Below, in pieces: positions 1-9,270 of a DNA stretch of 64,000 bases. The notes beneath the pieces were generated by a model that saw nothing but the letters and a program-made list of their open reading frames with translations, had not been told where the DNA came from and did not search any database. Both the position numbers and the translations under genes were made by a program. Source of the stretch: Promethearchaeia archaeon (lineage in GTDB: Archaea; Asgardarchaeota; Lokiarchaeia; Sigyniarchaeales; SOKP01); assembly GCA_029856145.1 (NCBI GenBank), contig JAHQWK010000020.1, positions 1 through 64,000 of the forward strand. Reading direction: 5' to 3'. Each line of letters opens with the position of its first letter. Positions within the stretch are counted from its first letter, which is position 1.

Positions 1-1
1 C

Positions 2-133
2 ATGGGCTTCTAACAACGCATAAACAGGATCTCCAGGCATTAATTTAGAGAGGATAAAGGTCAATGTTAACACTCCAAATACGACTGGTATAGCTGCTAA
101 TAATCTCCTTAAAAGATACTTAAGCATACTCAT
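2..133 (-). CDS. dppB: Peptide/oligopeptide ABC transporter permease (DppB/OppB family), N-terminal part; runs off the window edge
   Basis: Manual translation from ATG at 133 gives MSMLKYLLRRLLAAIPVVFGVLTLTFILSKLMPGDPVYALLEAH, the typical DppB N-terminus (YLLRRL...PGDP). Lies downstream of a DppA-like gene on the same strand. Confidence 0.85.
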   Translation of the reverse strand, partial: MSMLKYLLRRLLAAIPVVFGVLTLTFILSKLMPGDPVYALLEAH

Positions 134-181
134 ATTTTTTCAATCTCTTTACTTTGATTAATTATTTATTTTATTTTTTTC

Positions 182-676
182 TTAGACTATAATTTTCATT
201 CCTTTCTGTAAGCGTTGATTATACTTTTCTTTAGCAATAGAAGCTAAGATTGCGGCTAATAAATTTATCGTTAGTAATGTTGCAATAGTTAAATAACCTT
301 CATAATTAATAAAAAATTGGCCTATAGCGATAAACACACTAGCAAGGGTGCCAAAAATATCTGAAGGTAATGAGAATACAATAAAATAATACCAAACCCA
401 GGATTCAACCATTATAATAAGAATGAGCCATATACTATTCCGAATTCCATATTCAAAAAAATTTTCTCGAAATACCATTAAAAACACTATTAAAAAAAGA
501 ATAATAAATGATAAAAATGAATAAGGACTAAACAATACTCTGTACAAATATAAAACATTATCTCCTAATGTTTTATAATATACATTACTTAAATATCCAA
601 AAAAGACAAAATGAATTAATAAAAATGTTAATATAAAATTTGTTTGTCTACCAAAATCAATTTTCGAAAATTTCAT
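182..676 (-). CDS. Hypothetical integral membrane protein (about 4 TM helices)
   Basis: 164-aa ORF with four hydrophobic stretches, co-oriented between dppA and dppB. No recognisable motif. Confidence 0.65.
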   Translation of the reverse strand: MKFSKIDFGRQTNFILTFLLIHFVFFGYLSNVYYKTLGDNVLYLYRVLFSPYSFLSFIILFLIVFLMVFRENFFEYGIRNSIWLILIIMVESWVWYYFIVFSLPSDIFGTLASVFIAIGQFFINYEGYLTIATLLTINLLAAILASIAKEKYNQRLQKGMKIIV

Positions 677-1261
677 ATATTTCTCTCCACATTAAAAATG
701 GTTTACTTTTCAAATAATTTGCTTTTCAAATGGTTTATAATGACTTAAAGAAAAGTATAATCATTTAATAAGTATTTTGTTATTATTCATTTATTGATTA
801 AATAATCAAACACATCATTATTTTTAATATTTTCTTCTTAATGCAATTTTAAGTGGGAGGTTACTTCTAGCACATTAATATAAATAATAAAAAAATATAT
901 GGCTTGAATATATACACCCAAAAATAATTTTTATTCTTTTGTTTACTAAGAATTTTTTTTAAGAGCTAGAACTAGATAAATATTGACCTTTTAATCATTT
1001 TTATTTTAATAAGCAAATATACATCTGATTCTAAAACTTATTACCTTTGAAAATTTATCATTCATTGGTGTCATTATGCTAAAAAAGGCACAACATATTG
1101 AAAAATCCAATTAAAATTAAAATTATTTACAGTTTCAATTTCTTAAGTAATTTATTAAAATGTTTAAATTAAATTCAATTAAAGAGAAATGCAAAAAAGA
1201 GAGGGGTGATCAGCAATTAAAAAATATCATAAAATCACTAATTTATTGATATTAAAAGACA

Positions 1262-1290
1262 TTAAAAATTAAAAAAAAAAAAATTAATTT
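1262..1290 (-). terminator. Putative archaeal oligo-U terminator after the ABC substrate-binding gene
   Basis: Run of 12 A on + (1271-1282), i.e. T12 on the - strand, about 40 nt after the stop at 1320. The AT-rich background weakens this. Confidence 0.35.
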
Positions 1291-1319
1291 GTAGTTTTTT
1301 ATATTTCTTTATATTTCAT

Positions 1320-3086
1320 TTATGCGGTTTCGCGATAAGTTGGATACCAGTATAAGTTCCTCATAGTATTATATGGGACGCCTTTCAAAGTGGCAGCGTG
1401 AACATGATAAAGCTTATCAAATTGTATGCCCATATGGTAAGCGTATTTATCCATAATTAAATACTGAAGTTTCCTATAGTATCCATATCTCGTAGCAGTA
1501 TCGGTTTCACCAGCAGCAAGAATTAAGTAAGTGTTTATTTCAGCATTATCAATTCGAGCAAAGTTTGATGAAGATGCGGGATTTACTAATGGATCAATCA
1601 TGTTGAAGGTTTCAAAGTAATCAGGACCCCAACCTACTTGATAGATATGGAGTCTGCCAGGTTCATCTTCGCCTATTCTTATAAATTGATCCCATGTCAA
1701 TGTTTGGCGGTTAATTTCAATTCCAATCCTGTCCATATCGTCTCCAAATCGTTGAATTAGGAGTTCCATCCAATGACTTCCTTGTCTAAACCGGAAATTA
1801 AACTGATTTGCAGTAAAGTTACCTACATCTGGAACCCATGCGGCCGCTTTCCATGAAGCTTCATCAGCACCAGGAGTAAAGATATCTCCAACCTGAGAGC
1901 CAATTTCCCATCCTACACCATACCCCATGCTCTGCATTTTTTGTCTAGCATAAGGTATATTAAAAACACCACCTTTACATGAAGCATTATGAGCAGGAAA
2001 ACCGGGAGGAACTAAGGAATTAGCTTTCACAGTAGTGCCTTCATCTATTTCTTCGTTAAGATATGAATAGTTAAAGGCAGATGATATAGCTTTTCTCCAT
2101 GTAATATTTATAAAAGGGGAGTTAAAAGCAATATACCAATAGATAGAACCATTGATAAAATCAGCAACTCCATCTCCAGTTACGGTGATATAAGGACTCG
2201 CATTAAAGTATTCTTTTAGTGCTGCAATACCCTGACCTAAGTAGTCAATATCTCCAGCCAACATAGCATTATTAGCGGTGACAGCATCTCTATAATAGAC
2301 ATAGACAAGTTCATCCCAATAAGCAGGAGCATCCCAATAGTCCTCCCAACGCTCAAATCGAGTCTCTGAATTTGGCACATAAGAAACTAATTTGAATGGA
2401 CCAGTCCCAATGGCTAGATCCGTGCCAAGTTCTAACATCGCATCTGCAGGAGTAGTTAGAGGCACAATTGAACTTGCTACATAGGCTAATAATCCTTCAG
2501 CAGGAGCAAATGGACCATTCATTACAATAGTAACTTCTAAGTTATCAGTTGGATTAACAAAGCTTAAGGTATGATTGAAGATTGGTGTTAAACCTGGAGG
2601 CTTAGCAGGAAATTTATAGAGAGAGTGTGGAAAAGCCATTTTATCAGGAGCTGTTAAGGTACCAGTTGCGTTACCAAAGTAATTAATTCTTGCGAAAGAA
2701 TGTAGAACATCGTCTCCAGTAAGTAATGAACCATCATGGAAATATACATTTGGTCTTAGTGTAAAAGTTATATTATGCCCAAGAGGGGTGCTCTGAAAAT
2801 CCCAATCTGATGCAAGCCTTCCTACAAGTGGAAATTCAGGGTCAGATAAATTATATGCAATTAAGGTTTCCATTACCTGATCAAGTATATCATTTGATAC
2901 ACTATCCCATGAATCGCATGGATCCATGGTAACAGGATTGGACGTTCTTACAAGTTTAAATACTTCAAAAGTGGGAATTGGTTTAATTAATCCAAGCATC
3001 ACAGCCATCATGACGTTTCCAACACCAGAGGCAGCTAATACTACTGCTAAGATAATTATCGCTAAATTTTTCTTTTCCATTTCCAT
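1320..3086 (-). CDS. dppA: ABC transporter peptide-binding protein (OppA/DppA, SBP family 5) with N-terminal membrane anchor
   Basis: Motifs TFTLRPNVYFHDGS, GTGPFKL, RKAISSAFN and GWGPDY. Hydrophobic N-terminus with no lipobox Cys. GTGA SD-like element upstream. Confidence 0.92.
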   Translation of the reverse strand: MEMEKKNLAIIILAVVLAASGVGNVMMAVMLGLIKPIPTFEVFKLVRTSNPVTMDPCDSWDSVSNDILDQVMETLIAYNLSDPEFPLVGRLASDWDFQSTPLGHNITFTLRPNVYFHDGSLLTGDDVLHSFARINYFGNATGTLTAPDKMAFPHSLYKFPAKPPGLTPIFNHTLSFVNPTDNLEVTIVMNGPFAPAEGLLAYVASSIVPLTTPADAMLELGTDLAIGTGPFKLVSYVPNSETRFERWEDYWDAPAYWDELVYVYYRDAVTANNAMLAGDIDYLGQGIAALKEYFNASPYITVTGDGVADFINGSIYWYIAFNSPFINITWRKAISSAFNYSYLNEEIDEGTTVKANSLVPPGFPAHNASCKGGVFNIPYARQKMQSMGYGVGWEIGSQVGDIFTPGADEASWKAAAWVPDVGNFTANQFNFRFRQGSHWMELLIQRFGDDMDRIGIEINRQTLTWDQFIRIGEDEPGRLHIYQVGWGPDYFETFNMIDPLVNPASSSNFARIDNAEINTYLILAAGETDTATRYGYYRKLQYLIMDKYAYHMGIQFDKLYHVHAATLKGVPYNTMRNLYWYPTYRETA

Positions 3087-3154
3087 ATTAAAATCACTTA
3101 AAAATTTTTTTACTTTTTTTTTAGATTTGTTGTTAAATATCTTCTTAAATTCGT

Positions 3155-3175
3155 AAACTTATAAGGTTTATCCTT
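3155..3175 (-). promoter_or_regulatory. Putative BRE-TATA promoter of dppA
   Basis: The - strand reads GGATAAACCTTATAAGTTT about 75 nt upstream of the ATG. A similar AAAACCTTATTAT precedes the DUF354 gene at about 11971. Confidence 0.35.
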
Positions 3176-3419
3176 TTTTTTTTATTGTTTTTAGATTTCA
3201 TAATAGATCTATTGGGATGTGTTTCATTGATTTTAATTTCAAACATTTTCAATCTATAAGAAGTATATTGATAATCTGAATTAATTACCATTAAAATATA
3301 AAAATTTTCGGAACTACAGATTCTGTTTTAATTAAAATTCCAATAATAAGACATCAAAGTATTAAGAATGGGAAAAAAATGGGAAATGTATCTTAAGAAC
3401 CAAATATTTCAGCGATATT

Positions 3420-4349
3420 TTATAAATAAAAAGCACAAAATAAAATAATTAACAAAATTAAACCTGCAATTATAATTCCTTTGTCTAAAAAGGCTTTTTC
3501 GGTACTACGGGCAATTTCGGGTTTAGCTGAAGTCAAATACATATATCTCATAAGAATATATAGCGAAATGGGTATTGTAAGTATTGATAAATATTCGAAA
3601 ATGCTAGGAAATCCTGGTTCATCTAATCTAAATCGATTGATAAGATAAAGAGAATATGTCATAAATAAAGAACCTGCTACTATTATATGAAACTGATCTA
3701 ATAATTTTTGGGAGTATTGATCATAAACTTTTTTATGTTCAATAGCTGTATCTCTACCGAGGATCTTTAAGTCACCTTTTCTTTTTGCAATGCTTAAGAA
3801 CATTGCAATCTCAATAATTGCTAAAAATAACCAAGGAGAAACATACTCCCCAATTATTACACAACCTGCTAATGCTCTCCATAAATATCCTGTGGATAGG
3901 ATGAGTATATCAATAAAAACGTAATTTTTGAATAGGTAATTATAGAGTTGGCCGGTGACGATTATTAAGAGTATCATAAAACCAAAAAAGTTGTTTGGAA
4001 TTATAAAAATTGGGAAAAAAATCATAACACCAACCAATACAATTAATAAAAAGTAAGCAAAACCTGATGAAAGCGCTCCGGATGCCAAAGGTTTCTTGTT
4101 AAGCTTTTCTGGGTGTAATTTATCACGTTCAATATCTCTTATATCGTTGATAATATAATTAAATGATGAGGCGCAGCATAAAAGTATAAATCCAATAAAT
4201 AAGTTAAAATATAGGGAAATATCCAATAAATTTTGACTAAAGAAAATGCCAACAAATACTAATACATTTTTATAATATTGGCGAACTCGTAATAGATGAA
4301 AAAAACTTTTAATTTTACTAGGCATTATTAACTTTTTTGAAAGACACAT
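3420..4349 (-). CDS. UbiA-family polyprenyl-phosphate phosphoribosyltransferase (DPPR synthase-like); true start may be ATG 4325
   Basis: RVRQYYKN and NDIRDIERDKLHPEK...PLASG motifs, SIAKRKGD, multiple TM helices. Confidence 0.85.
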   Translation of the reverse strand: MCLSKKLIMPSKIKSFFHLLRVRQYYKNVLVFVGIFFSQNLLDISLYFNLFIGFILLCCASSFNYIINDIRDIERDKLHPEKLNKKPLASGALSSGFAYFLLIVLVGVMIFFPIFIIPNNFFGFMILLIIVTGQLYNYLFKNYVFIDILILSTGYLWRALAGCVIIGEYVSPWLFLAIIEIAMFLSIAKRKGDLKILGRDTAIEHKKVYDQYSQKLLDQFHIIVAGSLFMTYSLYLINRFRLDEPGFPSIFEYLSILTIPISLYILMRYMYLTSAKPEIARSTEKAFLDKGIIIAGLILLIILFCAFYL

Positions 4350-4354
4350 TTATA

Positions 4355-6898
4355 TTAAATTTTATTAAGCATAATGATTCTTTCTGGTTTGAACTTCTTC
4401 AAAATTCTAAATCCTAAGCGACTTGATAAACTTGTTTCTGCTTTTAACTGAATCACCCCGGTATTATACTCAAAATGTATCATTTCAATTTCTTTATAGG
4501 GAATTTCTATTTCCTTTCCAAAAATATTATTAAATAGAATAGTAATTCTATCAATATTTTTATCTTTAGATAAATCGCTCTTAGTATTCTGTATATCAAC
4601 ATCAATTTTTTGAATATATCCTATTTCTAAATTATTCACAGGCTTTTTAAGATATAAAAATACTTGAAGATGTCTTTTTGATAACCAATTCATAAGATTT
4701 ATTTCAGATTCTCTAAAATTATGACTTTTACTAATAGATAAATAAATATTTTTAGGTCTAATTATCAATTCATCAAGGGGATATTTTATATTAATTTCTT
4801 GACTTTGAATATCCGATATTTCTAGTTGAAAATTAGGTAATTTAGGTGTTGGAATGATATTTATACATTTAAAAATTTTTATGGCTCCTTTAGTTTTTAA
4901 AAAAATTTCAAGACCTTTAAGGTTTTTAATGAACGAGACGGAATTTGGCAGTTTAGTTTTATGAATAGGTTTTTGAATTTGTTTTTCATTTTTATCTAAG
5001 AAAATGTAGAATCCCTCTTTATTTTCATTGCGTAATTCAATATTAATTAAGGTTAATGGATCATTTTTTTGAAAGAAGTATTGATCATTCATATTAAATA
5101 GAGTATGCGAATATTCTGAAGAATTTAATAAAATTCTTTGATTTGTTTTTGAATTTATTATAACAAATTTTTCAGGATCAGTAATATCATCGGTAAAATC
5201 GACATCAATTAGTCTACCAATAATAATTTCATCTTCAATTAAATTTCTAAAGATATATTCTTTATGAAGATCAAATTGATAAAGTTCTTTTCTTCTAATT
5301 TCTTCCATTAATAAGGCGATATCATTAATTTTAAAAGATTCTTTAAATTTTTCTGTAGCTATGATTTTAAAATTTTCTCTAGCTTTTTCAAATTTCTTGG
5401 CATATTTTTTTTGTTTAGATCTTTTCAAACAAATAAGAGGAAGAATTGCTTCTTTACCAGGTTTTAGTTTGTTGTCTAATATAGCAGCAATTCTATAGTA
5501 ACTTGGAGGATGAGAATGAATGAAATTAGCTAAAAGTGAGGCTCGTGACGGCTTAATCATTGAATGGTTCAGATACTTTGCTGTACTGATATAATTTAAA
5601 AGTCGATTATCATTTGTTATTTCTTCTTCAGATAACAACATCGTATTTAATCCAATTTCCCTCCCAGTTGCATAAAAGCTTTCTAAATTATATAGTGCTT
5701 TAGTAAGTTCATTTGCATATCCTACTTCCTTTGTTTTTAAATCGGCTTTTCCTTCTAAAATTCTCACAAATATAAACAGAAAGAAATATATAACCAGATT
5801 CAAAAGGATAAAAACTATAAATGGGATCTGAGGATTCCCAAAGGTATAATCATAGTAAGTAGCTGGAATACCAAGGAACATTCTTACAATTAAATCTATA
5901 GATGTAATTAATGTTAAAATAAGTGTGTGTTTACCTTTTGTATGTGCTAATTCATGAGCTAAGATGCCTTTTAATTCATCTTTAGGAATTTTATTTATGT
6001 CATCTGCGATAATCGCAATTCTTTTATCAATTACAGAGCCATACGCCATCGCATTTAAAATTGGATATTTACCAAATCCCACTTTAACTTTCCCTTTAAT
6101 TCCAATATCATTTTTTATTTTATTTACGATATCTAATATTTTTTCTTCTCTTACTCTATGAATTCCAAGTAGTTTATCCAAAATGAAACCAGATATAAAA
6201 TAAATTCCCCAATTAACGACAATTAATAGAAAATAAATGTTTAAAAAGAAGTCAAGGATATTAAATTCTCTAAAATTGATAGGTTGATTTACGATAAAAT
6301 TCAATGGCGTATATTGGTTAATAAAAACGACGGCAAGCCATGCTATAATATAAAGAAATAAAGTTAAATATGCAGGACTCATGAATCGCCAGACAATTAT
6401 ATATTTTCTTCCAAATAGCAGAAATCCTAAAATAAGAATTATCCAAAAAGAAAATGCAAAACTGGTGTTAATGTATATCGGGTCATTTAAATAGTAAGAG
6501 AATAATCCCGCGATAAAAATAATATTATATGTTACTAGAGAAATAATCAAAATTTTATTTATTACAGGGTAATCCTTTAATTCATAAATCCCTATCCACA
6601 AATAAATTGAGAATGCTCCCATTATAGAAGTTAGAAAATCTTTAGAAAAGAAAAAGATGAGGAAAAAGAAGAAAAAAATTGCAACAATATCACTCATTTC
6701 ACTTCTTTTACCATTTTTAGCCCACTGATAAAATTCTTCAATAGTTAATAAATATAAAATACAAGTAATTAAAAATGTCCAATCAATTAGAAGTTCTGAA
6801 AAAATGAATTTGAAAATAAATGAATTTGCAAGTAAAAAAATGCCTATTGAATAAATGGGATAAGAAATTAAGAGAAAAAATCTGACGTTTTTTTTCAA
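4355..6898 (-). CDS. M48 (HtpX/Ste24-like) membrane zinc metalloprotease with extended N-terminal TM region and about 350-aa soluble C-terminal extension
   Basis: LNAMA, ELKGILAHELAH (HExxH), EGKAD (third ligand) and HSHPP...RI motifs; TTG start. Confidence 0.85.
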   Translation of the reverse strand: MKKNVRFFLLISYPIYSIGIFLLANSFIFKFIFSELLIDWTFLITCILYLLTIEEFYQWAKNGKRSEMSDIVAIFFFFFLIFFFSKDFLTSIMGAFSIYLWIGIYELKDYPVINKILIISLVTYNIIFIAGLFSYYLNDPIYINTSFAFSFWIILILGFLLFGRKYIIVWRFMSPAYLTLFLYIIAWLAVVFINQYTPLNFIVNQPINFREFNILDFFLNIYFLLIVVNWGIYFISGFILDKLLGIHRVREEKILDIVNKIKNDIGIKGKVKVGFGKYPILNAMAYGSVIDKRIAIIADDINKIPKDELKGILAHELAHTKGKHTLILTLITSIDLIVRMFLGIPATYYDYTFGNPQIPFIVFILLNLVIYFFLFIFVRILEGKADLKTKEVGYANELTKALYNLESFYATGREIGLNTMLLSEEEITNDNRLLNYISTAKYLNHSMIKPSRASLLANFIHSHPPSYYRIAAILDNKLKPGKEAILPLICLKRSKQKKYAKKFEKARENFKIIATEKFKESFKINDIALLMEEIRRKELYQFDLHKEYIFRNLIEDEIIIGRLIDVDFTDDITDPEKFVIINSKTNQRILLNSSEYSHTLFNMNDQYFFQKNDPLTLINIELRNENKEGFYIFLDKNEKQIQKPIHKTKLPNSVSFIKNLKGLEIFLKTKGAIKIFKCINIIPTPKLPNFQLEISDIQSQEINIKYPLDELIIRPKNIYLSISKSHNFRESEINLMNWLSKRHLQVFLYLKKPVNNLEIGYIQKIDVDIQNTKSDLSKDKNIDRITILFNNIFGKEIEIPYKEIEMIHFEYNTGVIQLKAETSLSSRLGFRILKKFKPERIIMLNKI

Positions 6899-6958
6899 AG
6901 AAAATACCTTTATTATTTAATAAATTTTTTGTTTAAATCTCAATTAAGAAGAAATTAT

Positions 6959-8326
6959 TTATTCTGAGTTCTTTTTTTTCATTTTATCAATTTCAGACCA
7001 AAAATATTTTATTGTTATCATATACCAAAACAGTAGTATAGGGATCATTAGCAGAAAGGAAATTAACACATTAATTGGAATACTTATTATTCCAAGGTCT
7101 AGATCTTCAATAGGAAGTGCCATAATTACCGCTTCAATAAATATTAGGAATAATAAAATAGAAATCAAGAGAATTATCATTAAAACTATTATCCCTCGAA
7201 TTCTGGAGAATTTGTATAATATAAAAATGGTTGGAGCTAATAGAGCGAATAAAGCAATAATAAAGAGGTATATATTGAAATTCCCTAAAGTATATTGCAT
7301 GAGTAAGATAGAGAGTATAGAAAAAAAACCACATATTAATGAAATAGCATAAAAATTTTTTACCAATTCTGGCTCTGTTAATGTCCCCTTTGCTAAAATT
7401 AGTCTAGGTAATGTTAATACTGCACTTTTTTGATCTGAAGCCTTAATTCGATCATTTTCAAGTAAAATTATATCATCTTTACTCTCTCTAATATCACTGC
7501 TCTCAAAAAAACCCCGTACAGAATAAATATAATAAAAACTATTAAATATATGAATAAGAAGAGCACAAAATGTAGCAACTTCTAATGAACCAAATAACAT
7601 AATACACGCAATCATTGCACCCATAGCTAATGTGCCTACATCTCCGGGAAAGATTTTAGCTGGATACTTATTAAATATGAAAAAAGGAAATATTACAGCA
7701 ATAACTGGAATTGTAAATATCACTCCTTCAGCAGAATTCCATATTATACTACAAATAAATAAGAAGCAAGTAGCGATCAAACAAGTTCCTGAACCTTCAC
7801 CGTTATAACCTTCTAACATATTTACAGTATTAGTAAAAACAGCAACAATCAGAGGAACTAAGAACGGATATATTATTGTTAATCTCGTTCTATCAATAAA
7901 AGGAATAGTTGGTGAAGCTATAGTTATAAGACCAAAAAGGTTTGCAAAAAAGATAATACTTCCAGAAAATATTGATAAAATTATTTTATAACGCGATCTC
8001 AATTTTTTTCTATCATCAATAAAACCTATAACTCCAGCTAATAAAACGGTCAAAAGAAAAGTTAAAGTTTCACGAAAAAAGCTAGGAAAGAATATAATTA
8101 AAAAAATCAAGCTAACACTAAAACCAATTATCATACTAATCCCTCCAGATTCAGCAACTTCTGGTCTAGCATTTTTATGTATATCAATACCAACATAGCC
8201 TTTTCTTTTCATGAATTTTATTAAATATGGGAGGACTAAATAGGTTACTAAAAATCCAACTATAAATATGATTATTAAAAAGAAGATCTCCATAAAACTC
8301 CAGTTCAAATCAGTTAAAAGATTCAT
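6959..8326 (-). CDS. aglH: UDP-GlcNAc:dolichyl-phosphate GlcNAc-1-phosphotransferase (GPT/Alg7/AglH, MraY-like family) with extra C-terminal TM helices
   Basis: GIDIHK...EVAESGG, GFIDD, NTVNMLEGYNG and FNKYPAKIFPGDVG motifs. Confidence 0.85.
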   Translation of the reverse strand: MNLLTDLNWSFMEIFFLIIIFIVGFLVTYLVLPYLIKFMKRKGYVGIDIHKNARPEVAESGGISMIIGFSVSLIFLIIFFPSFFRETLTFLLTVLLAGVIGFIDDRKKLRSRYKIILSIFSGSIIFFANLFGLITIASPTIPFIDRTRLTIIYPFLVPLIVAVFTNTVNMLEGYNGEGSGTCLIATCFLFICSIIWNSAEGVIFTIPVIAVIFPFFIFNKYPAKIFPGDVGTLAMGAMIACIMLFGSLEVATFCALLIHIFNSFYYIYSVRGFFESSDIRESKDDIILLENDRIKASDQKSAVLTLPRLILAKGTLTEPELVKNFYAISLICGFFSILSILLMQYTLGNFNIYLFIIALFALLAPTIFILYKFSRIRGIIVLMIILLISILLFLIFIEAVIMALPIEDLDLGIISIPINVLISFLLMIPILLFWYMITIKYFWSEIDKMKKKNSE

Positions 8327-8441
8327 TTACTACCAAGTACTTCTATTTTAAATTAAAATACTGATAAATAACTCAATGTAAAGTTTAAAATATTTTATAA
8401 ATTAAATCTTTTATTTTTTAATATTAATGTTTAGAAATATA

Positions 8442-8574
8442 TAGCCCGGCACGGATTCGAACCGTGTTCGCGATACACCTCATAACGGGATGTATAGTCG
8501 CGGGGTTCAAAGCCCCAAATGCTTGGCCGTTTTGCTTAATACAAAAAGGATGTATTAATCTACACCACCGGGCT
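8442..8574 (-). tRNA. trnQ: tRNA-Gln(UUG) with two 30-nt non-canonical introns (positions 15/16 and 48/49); CCA not encoded
   Basis: Removing 8530-8559 and 8467-8496 gives the 73-nt cloverleaf AGCCCGG TG GTGT AG CGGCCAA GCAT T TGGGG CTTTGAA CCCCG CGAC CACGG TTCGAAT CCGTG CCGGGCT A. Both junctions form bulge-helix-bulge-like motifs. Confidence 0.93.
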
Positions 8575-8622
8575 ATTGTATTAAATTAACGACAATATTA
8601 TGAAAACTTCATTAATTAATTT

Positions 8623-9258
8623 TTAAATCTTAAATGGCTTAAGATCTTGATTAAAAAATTTTTCATCTAATAAATTTTTATGGTTTTCAAGGAAGTCAAT
8701 TTCTTTTTTTTCATCACGATATTTATCTGGTAGCATCTGAGGTATTGTATCAATAATGGGATACCATCGTTTACATTTATCACAAAATATTATGCCCGTT
8801 TTTATTTCAAAGTCAAGTTTTAACTTATTAATAAAATATAATTCAGGCAAGATACTGTCAATTTGATTGAAATTAGGATTTTTAGAAAATTCTATAATTC
8901 TTGATTTGACATCAGAATTCATAATTTCAATACATTTTTTACTTAGTTTATTAGTTGTATTATCAAAAATATTTTCAAATTCAATTAAACTTGAGGAAGT
9001 TAAGTTAAGATAAGTTTTGAGTTTAGTTTTTTCAATAATAATATTGTCCTTTAAGAATAATTCATTATCCTCATAAGATATCTCAATTATTTTCTCATTT
9101 TTAATAAAATTAATATCTCGATTTACATAAGTGCTAATAATTGATTGAAATTCTTCTGGTTCATTTTCAAAAGAAAAAATATATAGCTTTAAAGGGAAAT
9201 ATTTATCTAAAGGACATGCTAAGATGTCAAACAGCCATATTTTCATAAACTCTTCCAC
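8623..9258 (-). CDS. trm112: Trm112-family methyltransferase activator with large central insertion; likely start ATG 9246
   Basis: N-terminal MKIWLFDILACPLDKYFPLKL and C-terminal IKTGIIFCDKCKRWYPIIDTIPQML are the two halves of the Trm112 fold. Confidence 0.85.
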   Translation of the reverse strand: MEEFMKIWLFDILACPLDKYFPLKLYIFSFENEPEEFQSIISTYVNRDINFIKNEKIIEISYEDNELFLKDNIIIEKTKLKTYLNLTSSSLIEFENIFDNTTNKLSKKCIEIMNSDVKSRIIEFSKNPNFNQIDSILPELYFINKLKLDFEIKTGIIFCDKCKRWYPIIDTIPQMLPDKYRDEKKEIDFLENHKNLLDEKFFNQDLKPFKI

Positions 9259-9270
9259 ATAAAAGAAATT

